Position numbers and translations under genes: made by a program. A DNA stretch of 64,000 bases. It comes from Ignavibacteriales bacterium. GTDB lineage: Bacteria > Bacteroidota > Ignavibacteria > UBA10030. The stretch lies in contig JACPLA010000021.1 in assembly GCA_016186715.1 (NCBI GenBank), forward strand, positions 640 to 64,639. The letters run 5' to 3'. Below the pieces are notes generated by a model, which saw nothing but the letters and a program-made list of their open reading frames with translations, made no database searches and was not told where the DNA came from. This document shows positions 35,415 to 46,588 of the stretch, in pieces (position 1 is the first letter of the stretch; every line of letters starts with the position of its first letter).

Positions 35415-37802
35415 TTAAAATGTCCTTCCAAACTGGAAGTGGAACCTCCATCCCGACGGCTCCTGCTTCGGAAACAGACCGTCAAAACCGTAGCCGTAAT
35501 CAAAACCGATCAGACCGATGGGATTGATCAGCAGCCTCACACCCACCCCGGCCGAACGTTTGAGATCAAGGGGGTTCATCGTTTTCGGCTCGGCCCACAC
35601 GTTGCCGGCCTCGGCGAATAAGAGCGTGTAAATTGGAATCGGATTCAGAGCAAGCGCAAAGCGGAGTTCTGCCGAGTGTTTGATCAACCCCTTCCCTCCA
35701 AGGATCCCGCCGGTTGAATTCAAAGAGGTCTGCCTTCGGGGACCAACGCCGCGGTCATCGTACCCTCGCAACGGCGTAGTGGAAAACTGCCCCAGTCCCG
35801 TTCCACCCATATAGAAGAAATCCTGAATCGGAATAAACGCGTCCCTTTCGAATCCGAACAGAAACCCGTAGGTGGTCGAAAGTGCAATTGCCACGCGCGT
35901 GCTGTTCAGGACAGGGATGTACCAGTCGGCATTAAAGACATGCTTGTGGTAGTTCGCCGTGCCCGGGAGAAACGGGCCGCCGGAAATTTCCGTCAGCAGA
36001 GAGAGACTGGAGCCGCGCGAAGGAAAGATGGGACTGTCCGTACTATTCCGGCTAATGACCTGCGAAATTCCCATTTGCGTCGAGGTTCCCGCAGCGTAGA
36101 AATCTCCGCCGGCATTCACGACGTTCCGCTGGTAGCGCAGCGTCCAATCTCCGCGAAAGAGATTGTCCGGCCATTTCAGTCTGCGTCCCACCCGTATCGA
36201 CCCGCCCGTAATCTGGTAATCGTAATCAAAATAGATCACCCGTGTGTCGAAAAGATTGACCCCCACCAAAGTCGGGGTGTCAAACAACCACGGTTCGGTA
36301 AAGCCGATCGTAAACGTCCGGTACCGGTTCCCTTCGCCGAACTGCCATTCGAAATTCAGAACCTGGCCCGCTCCCCCCCGAAGCGGTTCGGTGATGGAGA
36401 AGTTATTGAACGTGAGCCCAAGGCCGCCGTTAAAACCGAACGCTCCGCTGTACCCCACCGACATGTTAAACGTATCGCTGGACTTTTCCTCGACCGCGTA
36501 TTCAACATCCACGCTGTTCTCTGCCGGATGGATGCGGGTATCCGGTTTGATTTTTTCCGGATTGAAGTAATTCAGCTGCGCCAGCTGACGGACGCTTGAA
36601 AGAATCGCTTGGCGACTGAAATAATCGCCCGGCCGGGTATACAGCTCCCGGCGAATCACTTTCTCGTACGTCTTGGTGTTCCCCGTGATAAGGACCCGGC
36701 CGATCCGGAATTTCTCCCTCTCACGCAGCCTGATCACAATGTCAAGGCTGTCATCGGCAACGCGAACCTCTTCAGGCTCGGCCTGGAACAACAAATACCC
36801 CGTGTCATAATACAGCGACCCAACGTCCGATTCCGATTCGTTGCGATACAGGTTTTCCTCGAATCGACGCTTATCGTAGATATCCCCTTTCTTGAACCCA
36901 AGCCGATCGTTGAGGATCTCGGTCGGATAAACGGCATTCCCTTCCCAAACAACATTCCTGACCTTGTATTGGGGACCCTCGTACACGTACACGTTGACCG
37001 TTAGCCGTTCTTTCTTGTCGTCGTACTTCAAAGAATCTGCGAGTATTTCCGCATCGCGAAACCCGTTCTTCCGATAGAAGTCCAGAAGGAGCTGCTTATC
37101 CTTTTCGTACCCCTTCGGCTTGAATTTCCGGCCCACCCAAAACTGCCACCAGGCGGGATCGTTTGTCTCGTCAAACGTACCTTTGAGGTCGCCGTCGTCA
37201 AAATGTTTGTTCCCGAAAAAGTGGATGGATTCGACTTTGACGACCGATCCCTCATCGATCGTCAAACGAAGGACGACGCGGCGGGACGTGGTATCTTCAG
37301 GCTGCTCCAGTTTTGTTTCAATCCGTGCGTTGAGATACCCCTCTTTTTCATATTCTGCCTTGAGGATTCGCTTGATCGAAGACAACCCCTGAGGCGTCAC
37401 CAGCTGACCCTTCGTCAGGCTGATTTTCTTTTGGATGTCGTCCTCATCCAGCTCGTCGTTTCCTTCGATAACCACGCGCTCAAGCCGCGGGTTCTCCTTG
37501 ACCCTGATGAGCAGGTAGACACCGTTCTGTACGCGGTTTTCGATCAGGATCTGTACATCGGAAAACAGGCGAAGCTGGTGAAGTCTCTGAATGGCCGTGC
37601 GAGTTTCGTCCCCCGGAACTGTAATCTCTGTCCCAACCTGGAGTCCCGTATTGGCAATAATGGCCTGAGGTTCCGCCGATGTCTGTCCCTCGACAGTGAT
37701 TCCGAGGATCCTGTAGACCTCAGGTTTTTGCTGGGCAAACAACGGTGGAAAAACTGCGAAGGCGAAAATAACGAGGCCGACAACCCTACAATTTCGAGAC
37801 AC
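35415..37802 (-). CDS. bamA: outer-membrane protein assembly factor BamA
   Basis: 795 aa with POTRA repeats, an Omp85 barrel and a terminal F. Confidence 0.9.
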   Translation of the reverse strand: MSRNCRVVGLVIFAFAVFPPLFAQQKPEVYRILGITVEGQTSAEPQAIIANTGLQVGTEITVPGDETRTAIQRLHQLRLFSDVQILIENRVQNGVYLLIRVKENPRLERVVIEGNDELDEDDIQKKISLTKGQLVTPQGLSSIKRILKAEYEKEGYLNARIETKLEQPEDTTSRRVVLRLTIDEGSVVKVESIHFFGNKHFDDGDLKGTFDETNDPAWWQFWVGRKFKPKGYEKDKQLLLDFYRKNGFRDAEILADSLKYDDKKERLTVNVYVYEGPQYKVRNVVWEGNAVYPTEILNDRLGFKKGDIYDKRRFEENLYRNESESDVGSLYYDTGYLLFQAEPEEVRVADDSLDIVIRLREREKFRIGRVLITGNTKTYEKVIRRELYTRPGDYFSRQAILSSVRQLAQLNYFNPEKIKPDTRIHPAENSVDVEYAVEEKSSDTFNMSVGYSGAFGFNGGLGLTFNNFSITEPLRGGAGQVLNFEWQFGEGNRYRTFTIGFTEPWLFDTPTLVGVNLFDTRVIYFDYDYQITGGSIRVGRRLKWPDNLFRGDWTLRYQRNVVNAGGDFYAAGTSTQMGISQVISRNSTDSPIFPSRGSSLSLLTEISGGPFLPGTANYHKHVFNADWYIPVLNSTRVAIALSTTYGFLFGFERDAFIPIQDFFYMGGTGLGQFSTTPLRGYDDRGVGPRRQTSLNSTGGILGGKGLIKHSAELRFALALNPIPIYTLLFAEAGNVWAEPKTMNPLDLKRSAGVGVRLLINPIGLIGFDYGYGFDGLFPKQEPSGWRFHFQFGRTF

Positions 37803-38769
37803 TTTTCAAAAACCTTTCCACGTATTCCAAACTCCCCTGGCGTTTTCGAATCTGCTCACTGACCTTTCCGAAACGGCGCTCCCGTTTCTGAAATTCCGCT
37901 ATTGCACTGTAAAGCTGCTTCCTGCGGAACGAAGGCCAGTATTCATCGGAAATAAACAATTCTGAATAGGCAAGCTGCCACAAGAGGAAATTGCTGATCC
38001 GAAGTTCTCCGCTGGTCCTGACCAACAGATCCGGGTCGGGAATATCTTTTGTGGACAGATAGCTCGCCAGGAGATCTTCCGTGACGGACGCCGGCTTCAC
38101 GATTCCCAAACGCACGTCTTCCGCCATCCGTCTTATCGCATTCGTGATGTCCCAGCGTCCGCTGTAACTGAGGGCAAGCACAAGAGTTAGACCCCTGTTG
38201 TCCTCCATAAGCTTAATTGCATCCAGAAGCTCGTCCTGCACATCCTGCGGGAGTTTGGCAATATCACCGATCGCCTTAAGCTGAACTTCGTTCTGGTGAA
38301 GACGGTCGCGCTCATCGCGGAGGGCTCTCAGAAGCAACCGCATCAGGAGAGAGACCTCATGTTTGGGCCGGTTCCAATTCTCCGTGGAAAACGCGTACAG
38401 AGTCAGATACTTGACGCCTAGCTGTCCGCACGCCTCCACAATATCACGAACGGAATTGACACCTTCGTGATGTCCGGCGATGCGCGGCATCCCCCGGCGT
38501 TTTGCCCACCGACCGTTTCCATCCATGATGATGGCAATGTGTTGCGGAATTTCCCCCGCTTGCAGCAATCGATCCTGCAGCTTCTTGTCCTGTCCCGTGG
38601 CTTTCTCGAGAGGCACTCCTTGACCATTCCCTTTGTGTGTAGAGGTGAAACCAAATTTAACCCTTTTTGGGTTGAAAGTCAAAGAAGAGAATGAAACGAA
38701 TGAAGCTTTTGTGTTTTCAGGAAAGGGGTTCCGCTCTGACGGCGGCCCGTTTCTTGACACCGCTTTCAA
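37786..38769 (-). CDS. uppS: isoprenyl transferase / undecaprenyl-diphosphate synthase UppS
   Basis: HIAIIMDGNGRWA...YLTLYAFSTENWNRP. The N-terminal extension is probably not translated. Confidence 0.85.
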   Translation of the reverse strand: MKAVSRNGPPSERNPFPENTKASFVSFSSLTFNPKRVKFGFTSTHKGNGQGVPLEKATGQDKKLQDRLLQAGEIPQHIAIIMDGNGRWAKRRGMPRIAGHHEGVNSVRDIVEACGQLGVKYLTLYAFSTENWNRPKHEVSLLMRLLLRALRDERDRLHQNEVQLKAIGDIAKLPQDVQDELLDAIKLMEDNRGLTLVLALSYSGRWDITNAIRRMAEDVRLGIVKPASVTEDLLASYLSTKDIPDPDLLVRTSGELRISNFLLWQLAYSELFISDEYWPSFRRKQLYSAIAEFQKRERRFGKVSEQIRKRQGSLEYVERFLKSVSKL

Positions 38770-38822
38770 ATTTGGTTATATTGAAAGAAACTTTTGGGGG
38801 TTGGCCGAAGTTGTAGGGGGAA

Positions 38823-41357
38823 ATGAGCGTTGTATCATACCACCGTGAGAGGTTTATGGAAGGTAACTTTTCGAATCGGGTTCAAGATGTCATCCGTCTT
38901 AGCCGGGAGGAGGCGCTCCGGCTGGGTCATGATTACATCGGAACCGAACACCTGCTTCTCGGGATCATCCGGGAGGGGGAAGGAATTGCGGTCAAGATTC
39001 TCCGAAACCTTGGAGTCGACCTGTACAAGCTGAAAAAAGCCATCGAAGACACGGTTCGGACTTCGGGAGGAACGCTGACCATCGGCAATATTCCGCTTAC
39101 CAAACAGGCGGAAAAAGTCCTCAAGATTACATATCTGGAAGCCAAACTCTATAAGTCGGACGTCATTGGGACCGAACATCTGCTTCTCTCGCTCCTTCGC
39201 GATGACGATAACATCGCGGCCCAGATCCTGCACCAGTTCAACGTACATTACGATGTGGTAAGGAACGAACTGGACAATATCATTTCCGGAAAGCCATCCA
39301 CCCCTCCGACCCAGCATGCACCTGAGAAAAAGCCCGAAAAATCGAAAACACCCGTGCTGGACAATTTTGGAAGGGACCTTACAAAGCTTGCTCTGGAAGA
39401 CAAGCTTGATCCGATTGTCGGCCGCGAAAAGGAAATTGAGCGAGTGGCCCAAGTCCTGAGCCGCCGCAAGAAGAATAACCCCGTGCTCATCGGCGAACCT
39501 GGTGTCGGGAAGTCCGCGATCGCCGAGGGGCTGGCTCTGCGGATTGTGCTGAAAAAGGTCTCAAGGGTCCTTCACGAAAAGCGGGTCGTTACCCTGGATC
39601 TCGCGGCGCTGGTCGCAGGCACGAAGTACCGGGGCCAGTTTGAAGAGCGAATGAAAGCCGTGATGAACGAGCTTGAGAAGGCAAAGGATGTTATTCTGTT
39701 CATCGACGAACTTCATACCATTGTCGGTGCGGGAGGCGCAAGCGGATCACTGGATGCGTCAAACATGTTCAAGCCCGCCCTTGCCCGTGGCGAGCTCCAG
39801 TGCATCGGCGCCACGACGTTGGACGAATACCGCCAATACATCGAAAAAGACGGCGCACTGGACCGTCGATTCCAGAAAATCATGGTCGACCCGACGACGG
39901 TCGAGGAAACCATCCAGATTCTCCAGAATATCAAATCAAAGTACGAAGAGCACCACGGCGTCCGTTTTACCGAAGAAGCCGTCGATGCGGCGGTTCGGCT
40001 CAGCGACCGGTATATCACGGATCGCTACCTCCCCGATAAGGCCATCGATGTCATGGATGAAGCAGGATCGAGGGTTCACCTTGCGAATATCGTCGTCCCA
40101 AAGGAAATCCTCCACCTCGAAGAAGAGATCGAAAAGATCAAACAGTCTAAAAATCAGGTGGTAAAGAATCAGAATTTTGAGGAAGCGGCCCGCCTGCGCG
40201 ACCTGGAAAAGAAACTGCTGAGCGACCTCGACATTGCCAAACGTGAGTGGGAGCTCAAGGCACAGGACACGATTTACGAGGTTGACGAAGAAGACTGCGC
40301 GGCCGTGGTTGCCATGATGACCGGCATCCCGGTGCAAAAAGTGGCTCAGAGCGAATCGGAAAAACTGCTGAAGATGCAGGATGCGTTGAAAACAAGCATT
40401 GTCGGACAGGATGAGGCGATTGAGAAACTGACCAAGGCGATCCGCCGTACCCGCGCCGGTCTCAAAGATCCAAAACGGCCCATCGGCTCCTTCATTTTCC
40501 TTGGTCCGACGGGCGTCGGAAAAACCGAGTTGGCCAAGTCGCTCGCCCGGTATCTCTTCGACTCGGAAGAGGCCTTGATCCGGATCGACATGAGCGAGTA
40601 CATGGAGAAATTCTCCGTTTCGCGTCTTGTTGGAGCTCCCCCGGGATATGTCGGATACGAAGAAGGCGGCCAGCTGACGGAGAAAGTACGCCGGAAACCG
40701 TATTCTGTGGTGCTTCTCGACGAGATCGAAAAGGCCCATCCGGATGTGTTCAATATTCTGCTCCAGGTACTTGATGACGGTATCCTGACGGACAGCCTCG
40801 GCCGGCGGGTCGATTTCAAGAATACGATTCTCATCATGACGTCCAACATTGGCTCACGTGATATCAAATACGGAGCCACGTTCGGATTCGGTCAGCAGAG
40901 CCAAAAGGACAAATACCAGACGATGAAGGGGAATATTGAAGACGCCCTCAAGCGGGTCTTCAATCCTGAATTCCTGAATCGGGTCGATGAAACCATCGTC
41001 TTCCACAATCTCGGGCGTGAAGACATCCTCACAATCATCGATATCGCTGCCAAGGATCTTATTGACCGCATGACCTCGATGGAAATCACGATCGAATTGA
41101 CAAAAGCGGCGAAAGAATTCCTGGCCGATAAGGGATTCGATCCCTCCTTTGGCGCCCGCCCGCTGCGTCGAGCCGTGCAGAAATATGTTGAGGATCCCCT
41201 TGCGGAAGAGATTCTGAAAGGGAATTTTTCAGCCGGCAGCAAAGTGAAGGTAAAGTTCAACAAGAAGGCGGAAGAGCTGAAGTTCATCGATTCCAGCAAA
41301 GACAAAGGCGGAGACGAGCTGAAGGAACAAGATGAAGAAGTCGTGGACGTGACGTAG
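38823..41357 (+). CDS. clpC: ATP-dependent Clp protease ATP-binding subunit ClpC
   Basis: Clp_N repeats, two AAA+ modules and a short UVR-like linker, 844 aa. Confidence 0.9.
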   Translation: MSVVSYHRERFMEGNFSNRVQDVIRLSREEALRLGHDYIGTEHLLLGIIREGEGIAVKILRNLGVDLYKLKKAIEDTVRTSGGTLTIGNIPLTKQAEKVLKITYLEAKLYKSDVIGTEHLLLSLLRDDDNIAAQILHQFNVHYDVVRNELDNIISGKPSTPPTQHAPEKKPEKSKTPVLDNFGRDLTKLALEDKLDPIVGREKEIERVAQVLSRRKKNNPVLIGEPGVGKSAIAEGLALRIVLKKVSRVLHEKRVVTLDLAALVAGTKYRGQFEERMKAVMNELEKAKDVILFIDELHTIVGAGGASGSLDASNMFKPALARGELQCIGATTLDEYRQYIEKDGALDRRFQKIMVDPTTVEETIQILQNIKSKYEEHHGVRFTEEAVDAAVRLSDRYITDRYLPDKAIDVMDEAGSRVHLANIVVPKEILHLEEEIEKIKQSKNQVVKNQNFEEAARLRDLEKKLLSDLDIAKREWELKAQDTIYEVDEEDCAAVVAMMTGIPVQKVAQSESEKLLKMQDALKTSIVGQDEAIEKLTKAIRRTRAGLKDPKRPIGSFIFLGPTGVGKTELAKSLARYLFDSEEALIRIDMSEYMEKFSVSRLVGAPPGYVGYEEGGQLTEKVRRKPYSVVLLDEIEKAHPDVFNILLQVLDDGILTDSLGRRVDFKNTILIMTSNIGSRDIKYGATFGFGQQSQKDKYQTMKGNIEDALKRVFNPEFLNRVDETIVFHNLGREDILTIIDIAAKDLIDRMTSMEITIELTKAAKEFLADKGFDPSFGARPLRRAVQKYVEDPLAEEILKGNFSAGSKVKVKFNKKAEELKFIDSSKDKGGDELKEQDEEVVDVT

Positions 41358-41383
41358 ACGCCGGTCTTGCATCCAAGAACCAA

Positions 41384-41418
41384 GCACCCCCGGGAGACCG
41401 GGGGTTTTTTGTTTTTCC
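41384..41418 (+). terminator. rho-independent terminator after clpC
   Basis: cccccgggagaccggggg followed by ttttttgttttt. Confidence 0.75.
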
Positions 41419-41436
41419 CAAGCACCTGCCATCCAC

Positions 41437-41532
41437 TTCATCATTCTACATTCAGCGTTCTGCATTCGATATTGTTTTTTGTTTGTGAAACAAGCAATAT
41501 CGAATATCGAATGCTGAATATTGAATGTAGAA
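41437..41532. repeat. approximately 95-bp imperfect palindromic element, copy L
   Basis: Left arm cattctacattcagcgttctgcattcgatattg. The right arm is its reverse complement with small insertions. Confidence 0.6.
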
Positions 41533-41574
41533 GGGAGGGAAAATCTACCTCTCTTGACATTCTATGGGGGAATC

Positions 41575-41931
41575 ATGAAGTACGATCTCGAGGAACGGCT
41601 CACGAATTTCGCGGTAAGGATTATCGATATTGTCGAATCGCTCCCGCGGACAAGAACCGGTAACTATCTGGCCGGACAACTGATTCGATCCGGCACCTCC
41701 CCTGCACTGAACTACGGGGAAGCCCAAGGTGCGGAATCTCGGCAGGATTTTATCCACAAAATGAAGATCATCGTCAAAGAATTGCGGGAAACCCGGATCA
41801 ATCTGACCATTATCCATCGGAAGAAACTCTCCCGCAGCCAAAACGCTTTCCCAGAGATCGCCGACGAATGTCGGCAGCTGATTTCAATCTTCGTCAAGAG
41901 TATCAAGACGGCGGAGTCAAGAAAAAGATAA
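41575..41931 (+). CDS. four-helix-bundle protein (23S rRNA intervening-sequence protein family, Avd-like)
   Basis: MKYDLEERLTNFAVRIIDIVESLP...GNYLAGQLIRSGTSPALNYGEAQGAESRQDFIHKMKI is the canonical family signature. Confidence 0.8.
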   Translation: MKYDLEERLTNFAVRIIDIVESLPRTRTGNYLAGQLIRSGTSPALNYGEAQGAESRQDFIHKMKIIVKELRETRINLTIIHRKKLSRSQNAFPEIADECRQLISIFVKSIKTAESRKR

Positions 41932-41976
41932 TAGGAGCGAGGACCCAGGCCGAAAAGTTGGGCACCGGCTATAACT

Positions 41977-42063
41977 TCAACATTCTACATTCAGCGTTCT
42001 GCATTCGATATTGTTTTTGTTGTGAAAGAAGCAATATCGAATGTTGAATGGAGAACGTAGATG
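41977..42063. repeat. palindromic element, copy R, more degraded on its right arm
   Basis: The left arm is 33/33 identical to copy L. Confidence 0.6.
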
Positions 42064-42069
42064 GGAGGC

Positions 42070-42110
42070 GAAAAAAAAATCCCCCAGCTGCAGCCGGGGG
42101 ATCGTTTTTG
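42070..42110. terminator. bidirectional rho-independent terminator (A9-cccccagctgcagccggggg-T5)
   Basis: A GC stem flanked by an A-run and a T-run. It serves cspA on the minus strand and the 4HB gene on the plus strand. Confidence 0.7.
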
Positions 42111-42126
42111 CTTCAGAGACTTTTCG

Positions 42127-42327
42127 TCAGACTTTCACGACTTTGGCCGCCTGAAGTCCTTTGGGTCCCTGCTGCACCTCGAATTCGACGGTGTCGCCTT
42201 CTTCGAGGGTCTTGTAGCCTTCACCCACGATGGCTTTGAAGTGGACGAACACATCTTCGCCGCTTGCCCGTTTGATGAAGCCGTACCCTTTCGCAGCGTT
42301 GAACCACTTGACGCTTCCGCGTTCCAT
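42127..42327 (-). CDS. cspA: cold-shock protein (CSD)
   Basis: [30 protein letters not shown]... The upstream 38 codons of the ORF are not part of the gene. Confidence 0.85.
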   Translation of the reverse strand: MERGSVKWFNAAKGYGFIKRASGEDVFVHFKAIVGEGYKTLEEGDTVEFEVQQGPKGLQAAKVVKV

Positions 42328-42551
42328 ACGGAACACTCCTTGAAGAGGTTTTACATGATGTACAGCCTGCTGGCCATGAACAGATGCTGTCAAAACCCTT
42401 CCAAGGACTGCAACCATCCCCGCACGGAGCGCATCGGACAAAGGACAACAACAGTGTACAGTGAACTACAGGCGCCAATCTACTGTTTTCCTGTTTGAAA
42501 AACAAGAGCCATCCGGCTTGGAAGGTAAGACGCTGTGCTTCACCTCCCCTC

Positions 42552-44741
42552 TTAAAGGTTTTCCTCCAAGAATTTCGTAATCATTTCGAACAAATGCGTC
42601 CTGGTTTCCCTTCCCCTAATGCCATGATTCTTATTCACATAGAACATGGTCTCGAATTGTTTCGCTTCCGACTGCAGGGCGTTGACAAACGCAGTCGTAT
42701 TCTGCCAATGCACATTGTCATCCGTGGTCCCATGCACGATGAGCAGGCGTCCTTTGAGCTTCTCTGCATGTGTGAGAGGCGCGCTCTCGTGATACCCTTC
42801 CTCGTTGTCCTGCGGTCTCTGCATGTATCGCTCAGTGTAAATCGTATCATAGTATTTCCAATGCGTCACCGGAGCGACCGCAACGCCCGCCTTGAAATAA
42901 TCGGCCCCCAGCAGCATCGTCAGCGACGTCATATATCCGCCGTAGCTCCAACCCCAGATTCCAATGCGGGTCTTGTCAACATACGATTGAGCGCCCAGAT
43001 ACTTTGCCGCTTCGATCTGATCATGCGCCTCCCACTTCCCGAGGTTTCGGTAGGTGACGCTTTTAAACGCCTTCCCGCGCATGCCTGTCCCACGGTTGTC
43101 CACACTTGCCACAAGGTATCCTTTCTGAGCCATGAGGTGGTGCCAAAGAGCGCGCAGCCCTCCCCATGCATTCTGCACCGTCTGTGAACCCGGGCCGCCA
43201 TAGACGTACATCAGGACCGGATACTTCCTGGAGGGATCAAAGCCCGGGGGCTTGATCATCCATCCATGGAGTTCAATCCCATCCGCGGTCTTGAAAGAAA
43301 AGAACTCGTGCTTCCCCATTCGATACTCCCTCAGGGATTCCAGCTTGTTTTCTTGAATCAGTCGAATGAGCCTCCCATCGGAGTAATAAATTCCCGATTG
43401 GAACGGCGTCTGAACGTTGGAATATGTTCCCAAATAGTACTTTCCGTTCGGGGCCATCGATACGTTCCAGCTGAAGTTCTCCCGGGACAGGCGCTGAAAT
43501 CCGGAGCCATCCGTTCGAACGGCATAGAGGTGTTTTTCCAACACTGACTTCTCCGCGGCCGTGAAATAGAGAATGCCTCGTTCCTCGTCAAGATGGACGA
43601 CATTGGCAACATCCCACCGCCCTTTTGTCAGCTGCCGCACCTCCTTTCCCTCCATATCAAACAGATACACATGTTTGTATCCGTCTTTTTCAGAAGACCA
43701 GATGAACTGACGGCCGTTTTTGAGAAATCTGACATCATTGTCTACCGAGATCCATGTCTTCTCCTGCTCCGTGAAAAACACTTCGGTCTTACCGGTCCGC
43801 ACGTCTCCCTTCATCAACTCAAGTCTGTTCTGCAGTCGGTTCAAACGGACCAGGATGAGCGTAGCCGGTTGAGACCCCCAGTAGATGCGCGGCACATAGA
43901 TATCGTCGTCCGTCCCCAGGTCCATCCAAACTGTTTTCTTGTCCGCAAGATCGACAACGCCGATTTGGACGACCGAGTTTTCATCCCCTGATTTCGGATA
44001 TTTCATCGGTAACACGTCTGCCCGAAGGCTGGCAAAATCCATCATATGGAAGTCCGGGACCCGGTGCTCATCAAGTTTCCAAAAGGCGATCCGAGACCCG
44101 TCGGGCGACCACTGCCAGCCATCCGAAATTCCGAACTCTTCTTCATACACCCAGTCAAACTTTCCGTTGATGATGTGATCCGAACCGTCGGCTGTCAACT
44201 GAGATTCCACACCCTTTTCAAGATCCCACACATAGATGTCATGTTCACGAACGTAACCGATCTTCTTTCCGTCTTGCGAGAATTTCGGGTTGTACTGAGG
44301 GACCTCAACGTCGGTGATCCGCCGAAGCGTCTTTTTCTTCACATCATAGAGGAAGAGGTTCCCGGCGGGGGTCAGTCGTGAGTAATACTGGCGTTCGGGA
44401 GGGTTCCCGGAAAAGAGGATCTGCCGTTGGTCAGGGGACCACCCGTATGCCGTGAATCGAAAAGAGTCGTTACCTTCCCGAAGATTTTTTGTATCGACGA
44501 CAACCTCCGATTTCCCGCTTGAAACGGTGACAACGAAAATCTTGACCGATGACGTCGTAGAATCGTATTCTTGATACGAGTATTTGCCTCCCTCATCAAT
44601 CCACTGGAATCCGGAGACACTGCGCGTTTCAAATTCGTCCGAACCGCTGACTTGCCGGTTCGTAAAGACTTTGTTCTGCGCGAAGCCCCCGACAATGAAT
44701 CCAACGCTGATACAGAAGAGAATCAAGACATATCTCATCAC
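42552..44741 (-). CDS. S9-family dipeptidyl-peptidase IV-like serine peptidase
   Basis: Signal peptide, a beta-propeller, and a catalytic GWSYGGYMT nucleophile elbow. Confidence 0.85.
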   Translation of the reverse strand: MMRYVLILFCISVGFIVGGFAQNKVFTNRQVSGSDEFETRSVSGFQWIDEGGKYSYQEYDSTTSSVKIFVVTVSSGKSEVVVDTKNLREGNDSFRFTAYGWSPDQRQILFSGNPPERQYYSRLTPAGNLFLYDVKKKTLRRITDVEVPQYNPKFSQDGKKIGYVREHDIYVWDLEKGVESQLTADGSDHIINGKFDWVYEEEFGISDGWQWSPDGSRIAFWKLDEHRVPDFHMMDFASLRADVLPMKYPKSGDENSVVQIGVVDLADKKTVWMDLGTDDDIYVPRIYWGSQPATLILVRLNRLQNRLELMKGDVRTGKTEVFFTEQEKTWISVDNDVRFLKNGRQFIWSSEKDGYKHVYLFDMEGKEVRQLTKGRWDVANVVHLDEERGILYFTAAEKSVLEKHLYAVRTDGSGFQRLSRENFSWNVSMAPNGKYYLGTYSNVQTPFQSGIYYSDGRLIRLIQENKLESLREYRMGKHEFFSFKTADGIELHGWMIKPPGFDPSRKYPVLMYVYGGPGSQTVQNAWGGLRALWHHLMAQKGYLVASVDNRGTGMRGKAFKSVTYRNLGKWEAHDQIEAAKYLGAQSYVDKTRIGIWGWSYGGYMTSLTMLLGADYFKAGVAVAPVTHWKYYDTIYTERYMQRPQDNEEGYHESAPLTHAEKLKGRLLIVHGTTDDNVHWQNTTAFVNALQSEAKQFETMFYVNKNHGIRGRETRTHLFEMITKFLEENL

Positions 44742-45184
44742 AATCTCCTTGATTGGTGGTCTCGGGCGAAACGAAAATAGGTAAAAAAGGCCGGAAAAAG
44801 AAACCCCGACGCAGCTTGGAATGCGCCGGGGTCAGGGAGGCTGTCATGAATCCGCCAACCTCTTGCCAGATCAGCGGACCCATGTTTTCATAACAAAAAG
44901 CAGCCGGCGTTTGTTCCGCTCAGAGCCTTTCTTTTTCTTTTCCTTCCTTTCGCACGCTGACGGCGAATCGCAATATGCAGAAAAGACGCCATGGAAAAAC
45001 CGAGTTCAGTCCGGGTGAGATGCCGAAGGACCAAACATCAAGCGCCACATGCCAAACAATGCCGACACCCAATTGCTCATTGACTCATTGAACCTTGCGA
45101 TTTTGGTGGAAGATGTGTTCAAAAAATTCTTATCTTTCTCCCTTCAATTTACGATCCAAGTTCCTCGCCCCCAGGAGCGTTTCT

Positions 45185-46474
45185 ATGCCCGACACCCTCA
45201 CCATCGTTGATAACCGAACGGGAAAGAAATACGAAGTCCCTATAGAGCAGAGCACCGTCAAGGCCGTCGATCTCCGGCAGATCAAAGTCAACGCGGATGA
45301 TTTTGGACTGATGTCGTATGACCCCGCGTTCATGAACACCGCCTCCGTGAAAAGCCGAATCACGTTCATCGACGGGGACAAAGGGATCCTGAGATATCGG
45401 GGTTATCCCATCGAACAGCTTGCAGAGTACTCCACGTCGTTCATGGAAGTGGCTTACTTGATTCTGAAAGGCGACCTGCCGACCCACGCGCAGCGCGAGG
45501 AATGGCGCAAAACGATCCGGCACCACACCTTCGTCCACGAGAATATCAAGAAACTGATGGAAGGATTCCGGTACGACGCTCATCCCATGGGAATGTTCAT
45601 CAGCACCATCGCTGCATTTTCAACATTCTACCCCGAAGCCAAGAATATCTTTGATAAGGACATCCGGCAACGGCAGATCAACCGGCTGATTGCCAAGGTC
45701 CCGACGATCGCCGCTTTTTCGTACCGGCACACAAAGGGAATGCCGTACGTCTACCCCGACAATGCCCTGACCTACGCCGGGAATTTTCTGAATATGATGT
45801 TCCAGGTGGGAGGACAGAAATACGATCCCCACCCGTCGCTCGAACACGCCCTGACCGTGCTGTTTATCCTTCATGCCGACCATGAGCAGAACTGCAGCGC
45901 GAATGCGATGAGAGGCGTTGGAAGCTCGCACGTCGATCCCTACTCTGCCTGCGCGGCGGCCGCAGCCGCCTTGTGGGGCCCTTTGCATGGGGGAGCAAAC
46001 GAGGCGGTCTTGGAAATGCTCGATGAAATCGGTTCCATCAAAAACATCCCGCCCTTTATCAAGGAGGTAAAAGATGGAAAGGGCCGTCTGATGGGCTTCG
46101 GCCACCGAGTCTATAAGAACTATGACCCACGCGCCAAAGTCATCAAGAAAATGGCCTACGAGGTGTTTGAAGTCACCGGCAAGAATCCAAAACTCGACAT
46201 TGCCCTTGAGCTGGAACGGATCGCGCTCGAAGACGAGTATTTCGTGAAACGAAAACTCTATCCGAATGTGGATTTCTATTCTGGGCTGATCTATCAGGCC
46301 ATGGGCTTCCCAATGGATTTCTTCCCGGTGCTCTTTGCCATCCCTCGCACCGTCGGATGGCTCGCCCAGTGGGAGGAACATATCCTTGATTCGGAACAGA
46401 AAATCGCGCGCCCCAGACAAATCTACCTTGGAGAGCAGGAGCGTCCCTGGGTTCCAATTGACAAACGGAAGTAA
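45185..46474 (+). CDS. gltA: citrate synthase
   Basis: HADHEQNCS and GFGHRVYK motifs. The start is taken at MPDTLTIVDNRTGKK. Confidence 0.9.
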   Translation: MPDTLTIVDNRTGKKYEVPIEQSTVKAVDLRQIKVNADDFGLMSYDPAFMNTASVKSRITFIDGDKGILRYRGYPIEQLAEYSTSFMEVAYLILKGDLPTHAQREEWRKTIRHHTFVHENIKKLMEGFRYDAHPMGMFISTIAAFSTFYPEAKNIFDKDIRQRQINRLIAKVPTIAAFSYRHTKGMPYVYPDNALTYAGNFLNMMFQVGGQKYDPHPSLEHALTVLFILHADHEQNCSANAMRGVGSSHVDPYSACAAAAAALWGPLHGGANEAVLEMLDEIGSIKNIPPFIKEVKDGKGRLMGFGHRVYKNYDPRAKVIKKMAYEVFEVTGKNPKLDIALELERIALEDEYFVKRKLYPNVDFYSGLIYQAMGFPMDFFPVLFAIPRTVGWLAQWEEHILDSEQKIARPRQIYLGEQERPWVPIDKRK

Positions 46475-46588
46475 GCCGGTCTCTTAACCTTCATTCTATT
46501 TCCTTGGGGAGGCACTTTTTTTTCTTCTTAGTTCCTTATCTTTAAAACGGGGAAAGGTTCTGCGGGGGATTCAACTCCTGGTTTCTTT

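Noticed and set aside
42328-42441. N-terminal 38-codon extension of the cspA ORF
   Set aside because: Cold-shock domain proteins are about 67 aa and start at [10 protein letters not shown]. The extension overlaps the promoter region.
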